Sequence record: MT679221.1
Length of the DNA: 64,000 bases
Direction: 5' to 3' (one strand)
Below, piece by piece: positions 16,152-25,647 of the stretch (positions are counted from its first letter, which is position 1; every line of letters begins with the position of its first letter). The position numbers and the translations under genes were made by a program. Below the pieces are notes generated by a model. The model saw only the letters and a program-made list of their open reading frames with translations, was not told the DNA's origin and ran no database searches.

Positions 16152-18005
16152 ATGGTAAAAATCGTTGACTCTAACAACAACGCTCAGCAGAACAACACTC
16201 AGACTCAAGACACCGCACCACTGGGCGGTCTGGGCAACGAGACTGTAAAAGTGCAAACTGCTGTGCCGGGTACTTCTACTGTCAGCCAATTCGATAACGC
16301 ATTTGGCATCCGCAACATCAGCACCTATGCAATGCACTTCGTCAACCTCCTGGACGAGCTGAAGAAAAGCAACGAATACCTCAACGCTTTCCGCTGGGGC
16401 ACCATCGCCGGCGTGGGTAACGAAATGGGTTCCGCGGCGTATGTCGCAGGCCAATGGCAGGGCCACTGGCTGTATGGTATCATCTTCTTTGAACGCGGTC
16501 AGTCTCTGCGTCTGAAAGAAACTACCAACAACGGCCAGGAAGACTACTACACCATCACTGAACTGTTCAACAAAGACGTGCTGGCAGTAGTACAGAAAAA
16601 CATCATGGAAGCGCATGGTCTGACCAATGCGAACTTCATGATCATCAACTCCGTACCAGACCTGGGTAAAGTTCTGGATGCTGAGTGGGCACGTACTCTG
16701 ATGGGTCAGATGATGATGGGCATCTTCGGTCGTATCGCAGGCTACCTGGGTACGCTGAACCTGCGTAAGCATGACCGTTATCAGGCTGCAGTAATGCCGC
16801 TGGAAGATGGTGCGGTTGTGGATGCTAATGGCCACGCACAACGTGCTGATTTCGCAATCACCGTTGAGCACAGCCCAAGCAACGTATCCGACGCCACACC
16901 GACTCTGCTGGACACCAATCAGGTACAGGTGTATCCGCGTGTATCCGGTACTGGTTTCGTCAATATGCGTTTCACCGGTCAGAAGCCTGTCGTTAACGGC
17001 GTCTACGACCTGAAACAGCTGCAGGCTGAAATCGTAGTAAGTCTGGTCGATTCTCAAACTGAAGGTGCAATGGCACCGTATGAACGTCAACTGCTGCTGC
17101 TGGCTGCATTTGCAGAAATCGCGGCAATCGGTGGCTGGCGTGACCTGTTTGTGAAACGTCTGAACAAACAAGATCGCAAGTTCTCCCGTGTGGCAGAATA
17201 CCTGTCCTGGGGTGCTGACGCTCGTCCTGATGTATCCAAAATCGACGGTAGCCGTGAAGCTATCGAAGGTTGCCTGGATATGTTCGCACCGCGTGAAGCA
17301 GCACTGGTAGTTAGCCATCGTGCCGGTAACGGTCTGGGTGGTCTGTCTACTATGCTGTCTGAAATTGCGGTCGGTTACGACAACTCTCTGAAACAGCTGC
17401 TCGCTATTCTGAATTCCATGTCCCCGCGTGATCAGAACGGCGAAGTTGTTGCAGCGACCAGCTTCACTGCAGTATTTGCTTCTGCACTGAAAGCACAGCT
17501 GGGCGATGCCTTCAATGGTACCATCCATTGCAGCCACATCGTGAAAGCAGCCGTACCGACTGTTTCCGGTGTTTACACCGGCACTGCACAGAAACGTAGC
17601 TTCCAGGATATGGACCTGATTTCCGTTGTTACCAAACTGGGTGATAACGCGAACGACGTCTATAGCTACCTGAACGCACAGTCCTACAGCCACCGTGAAC
17701 TGAACGAGCGTCAACAGCGTATCTACATGCTGAAACTGGCCGCTTCTCTGTTCGCATCCAAAGCACCGCAAGCTACCGGTGAATCTCTGGATATGGCTAT
17801 CAACCCGATCTTCGGTAAATGCCTGCTGGACTTCGTCCGTAACAACTGCACCTGGTCTATGACTGGTGTAAATGCCTACAACACGATGGCGACCTCTCTG
17901 TTCTTCAACAACGGTGGGGAAGACTTCACGCTGTCTGGCAACGGCCTGTCTGCAAGCGGTTCCGATTTCGGTCTGGGCGTGTCTCTGAGCAACTTCAAAC
18001 TGTAA
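16152..18005 (+). CDS. chmA: Chimallin, major phage nucleus shell protein (phiKZ gp54-like)
   Basis: 617 aa, strongly biased high-expression codons, low-complexity termini, double early promoter. Occupies the conserved position immediately upstream of nvRNAP beta'. Assignment rests on synteny and size, not on an alignment. Confidence 0.75.
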   Translation: MVKIVDSNNNAQQNNTQTQDTAPLGGLGNETVKVQTAVPGTSTVSQFDNAFGIRNISTYAMHFVNLLDELKKSNEYLNAFRWGTIAGVGNEMGSAAYVAGQWQGHWLYGIIFFERGQSLRLKETTNNGQEDYYTITELFNKDVLAVVQKNIMEAHGLTNANFMIINSVPDLGKVLDAEWARTLMGQMMMGIFGRIAGYLGTLNLRKHDRYQAAVMPLEDGAVVDANGHAQRADFAITVEHSPSNVSDATPTLLDTNQVQVYPRVSGTGFVNMRFTGQKPVVNGVYDLKQLQAEIVVSLVDSQTEGAMAPYERQLLLLAAFAEIAAIGGWRDLFVKRLNKQDRKFSRVAEYLSWGADARPDVSKIDGSREAIEGCLDMFAPREAALVVSHRAGNGLGGLSTMLSEIAVGYDNSLKQLLAILNSMSPRDQNGEVVAATSFTAVFASALKAQLGDAFNGTIHCSHIVKAAVPTVSGVYTGTAQKRSFQDMDLISVVTKLGDNANDVYSYLNAQSYSHRELNERQQRIYMLKLAASLFASKAPQATGESLDMAINPIFGKCLLDFVRNNCTWSMTGVNAYNTMATSLFFNNGGEDFTLSGNGLSASGSDFGLGVSLSNFKL

Positions 18006-18034
18006 TCGAATCGGTTACTGAGTAGTTAGGAAAC

Positions 18035-18072
18035 GGACGGGGGCTAACGCCTCCGTCCTTCCCTCTTTTTTT
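18035..18072 (+). terminator. Intrinsic terminator
   Basis: GGACGGGGGC-TAAC-GCCTCCGTCC followed by a T tract. Confidence 0.8.
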
Positions 18073-18087
18073 GTTGAGGTTGACAGA

Positions 18088-19455
18088 GTGAGAAAGGTAC
18101 CAAAATTCTACGGAATATCCGGCCGGTTGGTTAGTCAGGATAACTATTTGTCCGATTTGCAAATAGAAGCTGCTGCCAAAGGTATTAAACCGCCCACTAT
18201 TATTAACGATGTCGCTGTTAACGGGGATGCGATCGAGGTTGCTGAACTTATCGATCGCATGGTACAGAACAGAATCGTTGACGAAGAACTGAACTCTGCA
18301 CCGATTTGTAGTTTGGATTGTCCGGCACCGATCGCGCATCGTTACAATCTTGGTTGTAAGTGTCCGACGTGTGGTTATGTTGTAACTGAACATCGAATTG
18401 AATCCGATGTCTGGTTACGTGCGCCTGATGAAATGGGTAACTTCGTCAACCCACGATTCTGGGCAATGTTCAATGCTTTCTTTAATAGCAAGTTGAAGAA
18501 GTTTGAACGTAACAAGGTCACTATCGAACGCGGTAATGACTTGATGATGTGGATGATTGACCCGTATTACCGTATAGAAGAACCAGACGGTAAACGCGCA
18601 CATGCTGTGAAACGTGTATTGGAAGAACATGGTTTCGTTCGTGGCTTGCGCAATCTGGTTGATAACCACGTTAGTATCTTTAACATCCTTACCACGCCAG
18701 AAGCCTGGAAGGAAATCTTCGCACCCAATCGGCATAACGCCGCTGAAGGTGAACGCTTACGTTTACAATGGAAGGAGCTATTCGAAACGCAACGCCATGC
18801 ATTCTTCCCAAGACACTTACCGCTAATCTCCTCTAAACTTATCGTTACTGAGGAAGGTCGTCGTGGTGTCATGGTAGACCCAGTGTTCACGGGTGCTATT
18901 GATGCGGTGAAAAATATCGCGTTGCTTTATACGCGACGTAAAGCGATCGAACCACGTTTTCTGATTAGTCGTGCTTTGAAAGCGAACCGTCAGTTAACGT
19001 ACTTCCACATGGACTTCCGTCGTGAGTCTATGGAAGGTAAACCGGGTGACTATCGTGCGAAATTGGGTTCCACCCATATTCCGTTCGGTGGCCGTGCAAC
19101 CATCTCACCTATCTCAGAACCACACGATGCCTGGAAGTTAAAAGCACCATGGCGTTGGATGGTTGGGTTGATGTCGACCCACATCGAGAACAAACTGCTA
19201 CGCCGGGGTTATTCGTCACGGCAGTGTGAGCGTATCGTCGCAAAAGCGGCAATGCAGTATGACCCGCTTGTAGACGAAATCTTTAAAGAACTGATTCGTG
19301 AATCCCCAGGCGGTCTTGGGATCATGGTCATACCGCTGCGTAACCCGACGCTGGTACAGTTGTCTATTCAGACGCTGTTCATCGACGAAGTTGTTACCGA
19401 TGTTAACCAGTGTTCGCTGCGTATCTCCGACCGTGTGATAAAGATGGCTAACGGT
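18088..19455 (+). CDS. rpoC: nvRNAP beta' N-terminal subunit (phiKZ gp55-like), exon 1
   Basis: Zn-site CSLDC..CKCPTC; GGRATISP; PLRNPTL (cf. LNRQPTL); ends ..KMANG at the predicted 5' splice site. Confidence 0.88.
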
Positions 19456-20859
19456 AAAAGTGTTATTCTGCTATTCCTTATTCTTAGTCGGTGACTGGTA
19501 ATAGGGAATAAATTGTGATTATTGAAAAGTTGAGTAGGAAACTACGCGATGATTTAGAGCCCTCGTATGTTTTTAAGGGGTATTACAGACACCCAGTCTA
19601 TCGTGATCTCTTTGTTGATGCATTGGGTGACTGTAAAGTAAAAGGTATGGTCATGCCGCTACCGGTCTTCATTCTCAAAAGTGGATACCTGGGAGTGCGC
19701 GGTTGTAAAGGCGAAACCCATTTACATCGAATTGTTGCGACTGTGTTCCTGGATAAATGTGGTGACGAGGTTAACCATCGTGATGGTGTTAAGAGTAATC
19801 CATCTGTGGTAAACCTTGAGTGGTGTTATCGAAAGGAAAATGTTAATCATGCTTTCGATACTGGTCTAAGAACTGACAACATTATTGTCGATGTCAGAAA
19901 TCTCGAGACCGGCGATATAGTTCAGTTCCGTAGCATGACTAAGGCGGCTGAGTATATCGGCGTTAATCGGCACTTGGTTTCAAGCTCGATCGCGCGTGGG
20001 CTTAATCGTCAATACACGCTAAATGATGTGTTTGAAGTCAAGGTACCGGAAGACGACTGGATTCTCACCAAGAATTCTATTGGTAAGAACTCAGGACCAG
20101 GTAATAAAGGACTGGTCATCAGAAAAGTTGGTAAGGAACCATATTTCCTGTTCTCGTCTGTACCGGCAGCAGCCGAATACGTGGGTATAAAACCACACCT
20201 CATCTATTCCCATCTCAACGGCGGTTCCGTCGATTTGACTAAGTTTGGATATGAGGCGTGGTACATGGTGGATATCGATGTTGCCATAACTGACATGATC
20301 GATCTCCGCAAACCCAGACCACAATCACAAATGCCAAAACGTGTACCGTCGATGGTGCGTGTGACTGATACGACCACTAACATCAAAACCATTTGGAATT
20401 CTTTACAAGAGTTTTCAAACGCGATTGGTGTGAAAAGAAACACTGTGGCCAAAGCAGTCTCACAAACCGGAAAGTACAAACAATTTGAAGTTCAATATTT
20501 AACAGCAGAATAGCCTTGCCCCATCAGACGGGAAACCTCTGATGTGTATCTCCCTGAATTGCTGGGAACCCCTAAAGCTCATTTGCCCATGTGGAGACGA
20601 AAGTCGGAAACAAGTAATGAGATGACCTATGCTAAACAATACTGCTAAGGGTTTTAACAATGGGTAATCAGCAGCGAAGCCTCGTAAGAGGAACGTTCAA
20701 CGACCGGAGCTGAAATGCTCGTAGGTGCTTAGAATAGCACCGAAGTGGGGAGGAGCCTAAAAGCGAAAGCTCATGGCTAAGGTATGGTCTGTGCCCTAAT
20801 GAAAGTTAGGGAGGGTGTTACTACACACCTGCTCCAAAAGGATTGGAGTGGACAAACAG
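19456..20859 (+). mobile_element. Group I self-splicing intron (1404 nt) with HNH homing endonuclease
   Basis: P AATTGCTGGGAA 20557-68, Q AATCAGCAGC 20666-75, R GTTCAACGACCGGA 20695-708, S AAGGTATGGTCT 20779-90. P2 20522-44; P9 20794-811. 5' exon ends in U and intron ends in G. Splicing restores NGDFDGD in frame. Confidence 0.92.
19515..20513 (+). CDS. Intron-encoded HNH homing endonuclease with three NUMOD1-like DNA-binding repeats
   Basis: HRIVATVF..VNHRDGVKSNPSVVNLEWCYRKEN HNH motif. Repeats FRSMTKAAEYIGV, FSSVPAAAEYVGI and WNSLQEFSNAIGV. GTG start. Confidence 0.9.
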   Translation: MIIEKLSRKLRDDLEPSYVFKGYYRHPVYRDLFVDALGDCKVKGMVMPLPVFILKSGYLGVRGCKGETHLHRIVATVFLDKCGDEVNHRDGVKSNPSVVNLEWCYRKENVNHAFDTGLRTDNIIVDVRNLETGDIVQFRSMTKAAEYIGVNRHLVSSSIARGLNRQYTLNDVFEVKVPEDDWILTKNSIGKNSGPGNKGLVIRKVGKEPYFLFSSVPAAAEYVGIKPHLIYSHLNGGSVDLTKFGYEAWYMVDIDVAITDMIDLRKPRPQSQMPKRVPSMVRVTDTTTNIKTIWNSLQEFSNAIGVKRNTVAKAVSQTGKYKQFEVQYLTAE

Positions 20860-21087
20860 GATTTTGATGGTGACCAGTTCCAGGTACGTTTGCCAGTCGA
20901 TGAAACTGAGATGAAGTTGGCGCTCCAATTCCGTCCAGATAACGGCTTTATGTCTTCTACTGATGTGGACCGCGTAGAACACGGCATGGTTTTACATAAC
21001 GAGCTAATCAGTATGCAGAACCAGTTCCTTATTGAGACAGATGAGGACGATGAAGAAGGCATTCCGTTGGAAGCGGTGATGGGCTAA
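20860..21087 (+). CDS. rpoC: nvRNAP beta' N-terminal subunit, exon 2 (catalytic DFDGD); spliced product 531 aa
   Basis: Begins GAT TTT GAT GGT GAC (DFDGD), in frame with exon 1 after intron removal. Confidence 0.88.
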   Translation, partial: DFDGDQFQVRLPVDETEMKLALQFRPDNGFMSSTDVDRVEHGMVLHNELISMQNQFLIETDEDDEEGIPLEAVMG

Positions 21088-21100
21088 TAGGAGTATTGTA

Positions 21101-21682
21101 ATGTGGCTACAAGGTAGCACGGTGTGGACGAAACAGACCGAAGGTAGCGGGGCACTCAGCGTATTCAAAGAATCGTTTTCGCTGTCTAGCCTGGCACCCG
21201 ATCTCGTTGACCGTGTAAAAGAACATTGTCAGGACTTAATCTCACTGGAGCGTTTCCGTGAAACATTCAGTACCGCACGTAAGTTACGTTATAGCGATGC
21301 GGTGGAGATGGTAAGACAGATCGAAGAGTTGGGTGAATTCCAGTTCGCCAATGCTGCTTTACAGCCATTCCTCGTTGCCATGCCGGAATATCGTAAGTTG
21401 TATAATGACGGTATGGCGACTGGTTATGAGAACGGCTTTTCGCGGTTGGATGTGTTCAAAGGCAATGCGTATATGCGTACCGATGACCACTTCCGCGAAG
21501 CAACATCGGGCATTTCGACGAAGTACGATGAAGATAAGATTTGGCAATGGGCTACCAATGAAGATCGTGCAGTACGACTGAGTCGAATCGATAAAGTGGA
21601 TATTCAACTTAACTGGGCACGCATGTCAGCTTTCGACTGGGAAGATGGTGATCCCTGTTCGGAACTTGGCGCGACGTGTTAA
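21101..21682 (+). CDS. Hypothetical protein
   Basis: 193 aa; AGGAG RBS. Confidence 0.85.
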   Translation: MWLQGSTVWTKQTEGSGALSVFKESFSLSSLAPDLVDRVKEHCQDLISLERFRETFSTARKLRYSDAVEMVRQIEELGEFQFANAALQPFLVAMPEYRKLYNDGMATGYENGFSRLDVFKGNAYMRTDDHFREATSGISTKYDEDKIWQWATNEDRAVRLSRIDKVDIQLNWARMSAFDWEDGDPCSELGATC

Positions 21683-21683
21683 A

Positions 21684-21715
21684 AAAGATGGGGCTTCGGC
21701 CCCTCTTTTTTTCTT
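21684..21715 (+). terminator. Intrinsic terminator
   Basis: GGGGC-TTCG-GCCCC plus T tract. Confidence 0.8.
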
Positions 21716-21764
21716 CACTGGGGGCTGTATGCAGCATCCTACCTTGAATTTGACAGGAGCTAAC

Positions 21765-22151
21765 ATGATTGCGGTAGGAACCTTATCCACACGTGGCTGG
21801 GCACGTACACCCCAGGAAAAGGCGCGTGAGTTGATGAACCATTACACCGAGTCTGGCTATAGCCAATCGGTGGTTTATCGTGGGAACATTAAATCACTTG
21901 CGTATACGCAAGCTGTGTTTGCACAAGATCCCGACGGGATGGTTGCCCAGATTAAAATGGATTTGGAGAACCTCTACGGGAACGTATTTCCTGCTGGCGT
22001 TGAAGTTGAAACCAGCTGGGAGTTTTTAAAAGATTCAGATGTGCGTTACCGCATCTTCATTAGTGTCCGTGTGCAAGAAGTTGTAGACGGTGAATGGTAC
22101 GATGTTGAGCGGTACGTGGATACCGAGTCGAGTGCGATTGAGGATATGTAA
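21765..22151 (+). CDS. Conserved protein, possible T4 gp25-like baseplate/sheath initiator
   Basis: Start reassigned to MIAVGTL (CAGGAG RBS); late-type TATG at 21728; 128 aa with gp25-like size and helix-then-beta pattern (weak resemblance). Confidence 0.55.
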   Translation: MIAVGTLSTRGWARTPQEKARELMNHYTESGYSQSVVYRGNIKSLAYTQAVFAQDPDGMVAQIKMDLENLYGNVFPAGVEVETSWEFLKDSDVRYRIFISVRVQEVVDGEWYDVERYVDTESSAIEDM

Positions 22152-22825
22152 TGAGCCAGGAACCTACATTTAACGGCGTACCGTTAAGTCAGATGAATGA
22201 GCAGATGCGCTTTGAGTATAACAAACTCAAAGAGATTGAAAACGATTTGGCGGAAAGCCAGAACGTCTGTAGCGTCTTCACCGAAGCACAGTTCCGACGT
22301 CAGGGCTTACCACTGCTGTCCGGGATGCTTGATGGTACTTTTAACGAAGAGACCTGGACGGCTTACGTAGGAAGTCCATTTGTACCCCTACAGATTGTGG
22401 ACGATGCTGATAACAGCAAACTGCTATTTACCATCCCCGCTCTGCTGAACACCGGCCGCTCGTTAATCACCGTTGACGGCGAACCTTCCCTCTCTGATGA
22501 GACTGAGTACATCCGTCGTCAGGTTGATGTGATTGCAACCGTCGGTGAAACCCAGATGTACAAGATGATCGATTACACCCTAACCGGGATCGAAAATATG
22601 TCTCTGGCTGAAAATTCAGTTCGTGCGAAGTACATTATTGACTTGCTGAACTGGATTTTCCGACGCTACGGTGTGGGTGGTCAATTGCCATATCCGGAAG
22701 GGTTGGTTGAATACGTCGATAAAATTACCGGCGGTAAAAACACGGCGACAGCTGCAGAGACTTCGGCGCAAGCCCCAGCTCAAACGCAGCCAATCGTAGG
22801 GATCGGTGATGGAGAAGATTACTAA
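22151..22825 (+). CDS. Hypothetical protein
   Basis: 224 aa; GAGGA RBS; TAATG overlap. Confidence 0.85.
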   Translation: MSQEPTFNGVPLSQMNEQMRFEYNKLKEIENDLAESQNVCSVFTEAQFRRQGLPLLSGMLDGTFNEETWTAYVGSPFVPLQIVDDADNSKLLFTIPALLNTGRSLITVDGEPSLSDETEYIRRQVDVIATVGETQMYKMIDYTLTGIENMSLAENSVRAKYIIDLLNWIFRRYGVGGQLPYPEGLVEYVDKITGGKNTATAAETSAQAPAQTQPIVGIGDGEDY

Positions 22826-23957
22826 ACCTCCTAAGAAACCAGAAGGTGTTAAGCGCCTTTTGAACACTAACGATATCCATTTGTTGCATAAACGTGTGCC
22901 CACATGGCACATCGTGGATGTGATACGTGAGGTACTCATTAGCTGCGAAAATACGCTTGATGCCTTTTATATAGCAGGGGATTTATTTGATGATTCCCGA
23001 CATCTTCGCCAGGAAGATTCTCAAGAAGCTGTGGGCTTCTTGACGTGGTTGCTCCAGTGGTCTAAGGCCACTAATACCGCAGTTCGCATCGTTGAGGGAA
23101 CACCGTCCCATGACCATGGCCAGTCCAAAATAGTTGAGTCGCTGAACATCAGTATAGGCGCAGACTGTTTGTATTTGGCAGGGATCGGGATATTTTACGA
23201 TCCGGCTCTCGATGCGATGGTAGGTTGGGTGCAGGACGAATATAAAGCTGCTGGCGTCGATGAAATTAATGCTGCTGCCACTGAGGCAGAAATGGCAGAA
23301 CTGATGGCGACACGAGGCTTGGAGAAGTTAGACTTTATCTTCATGCACGGCTGCTTCCAGTTTCAACTCCCTGTCGAGTCCCCTCGTTCTTTCCACGAGG
23401 AGTTCTGGTTGCCGAGAGTCAAGCACCTGATATTTATCGGGCATGACCATCGACCCAAGGAATTAGACAAGATAAGAGTTGTAGGTAGTCCTGAGCGACT
23501 ATCTCAAGGTGAAGAGGAGGACAAAGGCGTAGCTCTTGTCGATTTCACCGATACGGTTGCCAGGGATTATTTCCTGGTTAACCCACGCGCGTGCCCGCAG
23601 AAAAAGATTCGGGCACAGGAAGACTTTGATGCGCAGTTAGCAGCTTGTCTTTCTGCATTAGAATACATCGACAATCATCCTTCGTCCGCTATTGGACGAT
23701 TTGAAGTCGAGTATTACGCAGGTTCACCGATGGCCGAATATGTTAGTCGGTGGAAAAAAGAATACACGTTCCACATATCTGGAGAACGTGTGCGCTCCTC
23801 TGAAGAAGAGGAGTTGTTAGTGAAGAGTTTTTCGAACGAAGCCCCAGTGTACGAAAAACCCACTCCTGAGAACTTCGAACGGTTGGTTCTCGAAGAGCTA
23901 ACATCAGTGAAGTACGACCCTGATGTTGTTACTGCAATCATTAGGAAAATAGAATGA
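22809..23957 (+). CDS. sbcD: SbcD/Mre11-family metallophosphoesterase nuclease
   Basis: Motifs NDIHL, AGDLFD, EGTPSHD, FMHG, GHDH, VGS. Confidence 0.9.
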   Translation: MEKITKPPKKPEGVKRLLNTNDIHLLHKRVPTWHIVDVIREVLISCENTLDAFYIAGDLFDDSRHLRQEDSQEAVGFLTWLLQWSKATNTAVRIVEGTPSHDHGQSKIVESLNISIGADCLYLAGIGIFYDPALDAMVGWVQDEYKAAGVDEINAAATEAEMAELMATRGLEKLDFIFMHGCFQFQLPVESPRSFHEEFWLPRVKHLIFIGHDHRPKELDKIRVVGSPERLSQGEEEDKGVALVDFTDTVARDYFLVNPRACPQKKIRAQEDFDAQLAACLSALEYIDNHPSSAIGRFEVEYYAGSPMAEYVSRWKKEYTFHISGERVRSSEEEELLVKSFSNEAPVYEKPTPENFERLVLEELTSVKYDPDVVTAIIRKIE

Positions 23958-24790
23958 ATCCAATCAGTGTTGATCGCACTTTCGGGTTCTATTCAGTGTC
24001 AATCGCCAGTTCGCTGGCGTTTGAAGGTCTGCTGCATACCGGCGAATACGCCGACTGGAAAGGCGAATTGCCTATCCATTCCTATCAGGAAATATACCTG
24101 AATCTCCGGACATTGTTCCGTAACGCCTTTTATGCGTTTGAAGAGAATAGAGAACGGTTAACACCCGACGTGATGCTAACATCGATTGAAGAAGATATTA
24201 ATAATCTTACGGCTACCGCGAGAGCGGTAGCCCCTTCGGTGTTATGCGTTCCGTACCTTTGTAGCTATCGTAGCGCTAACAAAGTGTTTCCCGAAGCCTC
24301 GTTCAAAAACATTGCAGGCGGTCAGGATAAGATGACGCCAAACCAGCTGCACTATAATGCACTGGAACACGACACCTTAAAAATGTACGGTGAGAAACAC
24401 GAAAATGACTTCCGTCAATTCGATGTTTTCCCAGAGGGTAGCCGCGACACACTGTTACTGACCCACATGCCAGCTGATCTCCTGGCACGTAAAGATTTCC
24501 CTAAACTGGGTTTGTTGGAATCACATACCGGTAAAGTGAAAACGCAACTGGAGTGGTACACCAAACTTAACGGGAAACCCCAACATATTCCGTTTAACAA
24601 AGCGTTCCTGACGTTATTTGGCGACGGGATAATGTTTTCACCCCTCGATCGCAAAACGCGTGGGGTGGTGTTAAAAACCGCAGAGAAGTACAGCTGGAAA
24701 CAGGATACCACAATGGACCGTATTTATAACTGTCTAAAACTGGTGAATGAGCCATTTGTAATTGAACTGCTCCGCAGGCTTATGAAGTAA
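23954..24790 (+). CDS. Conserved chimallivirus protein, possible RNase H/5'-3' nuclease-like
   Basis: 278 aa; syntenic position after SbcD; acidic conserved-looking motifs. Fold not verified. Confidence 0.5.
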   Translation: MNPISVDRTFGFYSVSIASSLAFEGLLHTGEYADWKGELPIHSYQEIYLNLRTLFRNAFYAFEENRERLTPDVMLTSIEEDINNLTATARAVAPSVLCVPYLCSYRSANKVFPEASFKNIAGGQDKMTPNQLHYNALEHDTLKMYGEKHENDFRQFDVFPEGSRDTLLLTHMPADLLARKDFPKLGLLESHTGKVKTQLEWYTKLNGKPQHIPFNKAFLTLFGDGIMFSPLDRKTRGVVLKTAEKYSWKQDTTMDRIYNCLKLVNEPFVIELLRRLMK

Positions 24791-24793
24791 GTT

Positions 24794-24821
24794 AAAATTT
24801 ACGTTAGTGGGACATCATGTG
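24794..24821 (+). promoter_or_regulatory. Putative nvRNAP middle promoter AAAATTTAC-N15-TGTG
   Basis: Recurrent motif; TAC 24800-02, TGTG 24818-21. Confidence 0.65.
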
Positions 24822-24855
24822 TGAACCACTAGACTGCTTTTCCGAAAAGGATGAA

Positions 24856-25512
24856 ATGATGATTAACCAAGAAATTTTCAAAGACAAATGGCTTTACCCG
24901 CAGACCGAACCGGATCAGCAAAACCGTACGCGTAAACTCAACATTGAACCGAATGATTTCAACGGTGATGTTGAAACTATGAAGTTTAGCTACTCTTTTG
25001 GTAAGGGCGAAGGTCTCTATTTCTCTGCACCGATTACGGTTTGCCGTACCATTATCGAAGCTCTGCAGGATTGTCTGCGTAAGAGCGAAAAGAGTATGCT
25101 GAAGTTTACTAACGAAAACGGCAACAAACCGCCCGTTAGTCTGATTGTTGGCCGTGAAGACAACCTGGTACCGTTCATCGCTATTGCCGGTGAAATCCAG
25201 GGCGTTGGTGCCCGCCAGAAGAAGTTCTACTTCTCCTACCCGAAAGGTTTCCGTATTTTCCGCGACGGCCAGCAGGTTTCTGATTTAGAACTTGCTGAGC
25301 GCTGTGCACGTGCGTTTATCACTAACTTCGAGAAGTTCTTACAGAACCTGGAAGAGAAATATAAGCCGCGTGAATTCCAGCAAGGTGGTGGTAGCTTCGG
25401 TCGCGGTGGATACGGCGGTGGCCAGGGTGGTGGTCAGCGTAGCGGCGGCGGTTATCAACAGCAACAATCTGCACCTCCAGCAACCACTGATTCTTACGAC
25501 GAATTCCTCTAA
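24856..25512 (+). CDS. Probable ChmC nucleus-associated RNA-binding protein (phiKZ gp67-like)
   Basis: Start reassigned to MMINQE (AAGGA RBS); C-terminal G/Q/R-rich disordered tail; synteny directly upstream of the gp68- and gp69-like genes. Confidence 0.6.
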   Translation: MMINQEIFKDKWLYPQTEPDQQNRTRKLNIEPNDFNGDVETMKFSYSFGKGEGLYFSAPITVCRTIIEALQDCLRKSEKSMLKFTNENGNKPPVSLIVGREDNLVPFIAIAGEIQGVGARQKKFYFSYPKGFRIFRDGQQVSDLELAERCARAFITNFEKFLQNLEEKYKPREFQQGGGSFGRGGYGGGQGGGQRSGGGYQQQQSAPPATTDSYDEFL

Positions 25513-25531
25513 GAAACAAAATAAAAAATAC

Positions 25532-25551
25532 GCCCAAGGGAAACCTTGGGC
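25532..25551. terminator. GAAA-capped hairpin with upstream A tract
   Basis: GCCCAAGG-GAAA-CCTTGGGC; the U tract reads on the minus strand. Confidence 0.55.
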
Positions 25552-25598
25552 TATTAACGCTTATGCGTGGTCCTGCAACACACACTGTAAGAAGATTG

Positions 25599-25618
25599 AG
25601 ATAGATATTATCTCAGTG
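25599..25618 (+). promoter_or_regulatory. Putative early promoter
   Basis: AGATAGATATTATCTCAGTG. Confidence 0.7.
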
Positions 25619-25647
25619 CAATCGACTATTCGCGGAGTTCAACTATA

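Noticed and set aside
16041-17771. 576-aa minus-strand ORF
   Set aside because: Antisense shadow of the strongly codon-biased chimallin gene; no RBS and a Cys/His-rich, non-protein-like composition.
19456-19494. C-terminus KSVILLFLILSR of ORF 18088-19494
   Set aside because: Read-through into the intron 5' end; not part of the spliced protein.
20815-21087. Stand-alone 90-aa ORF MLLHTCSK..DFDGD
   Set aside because: Its first 15 codons are intron P9 sequence; the rest is exon 2 of nvRNAP beta'.
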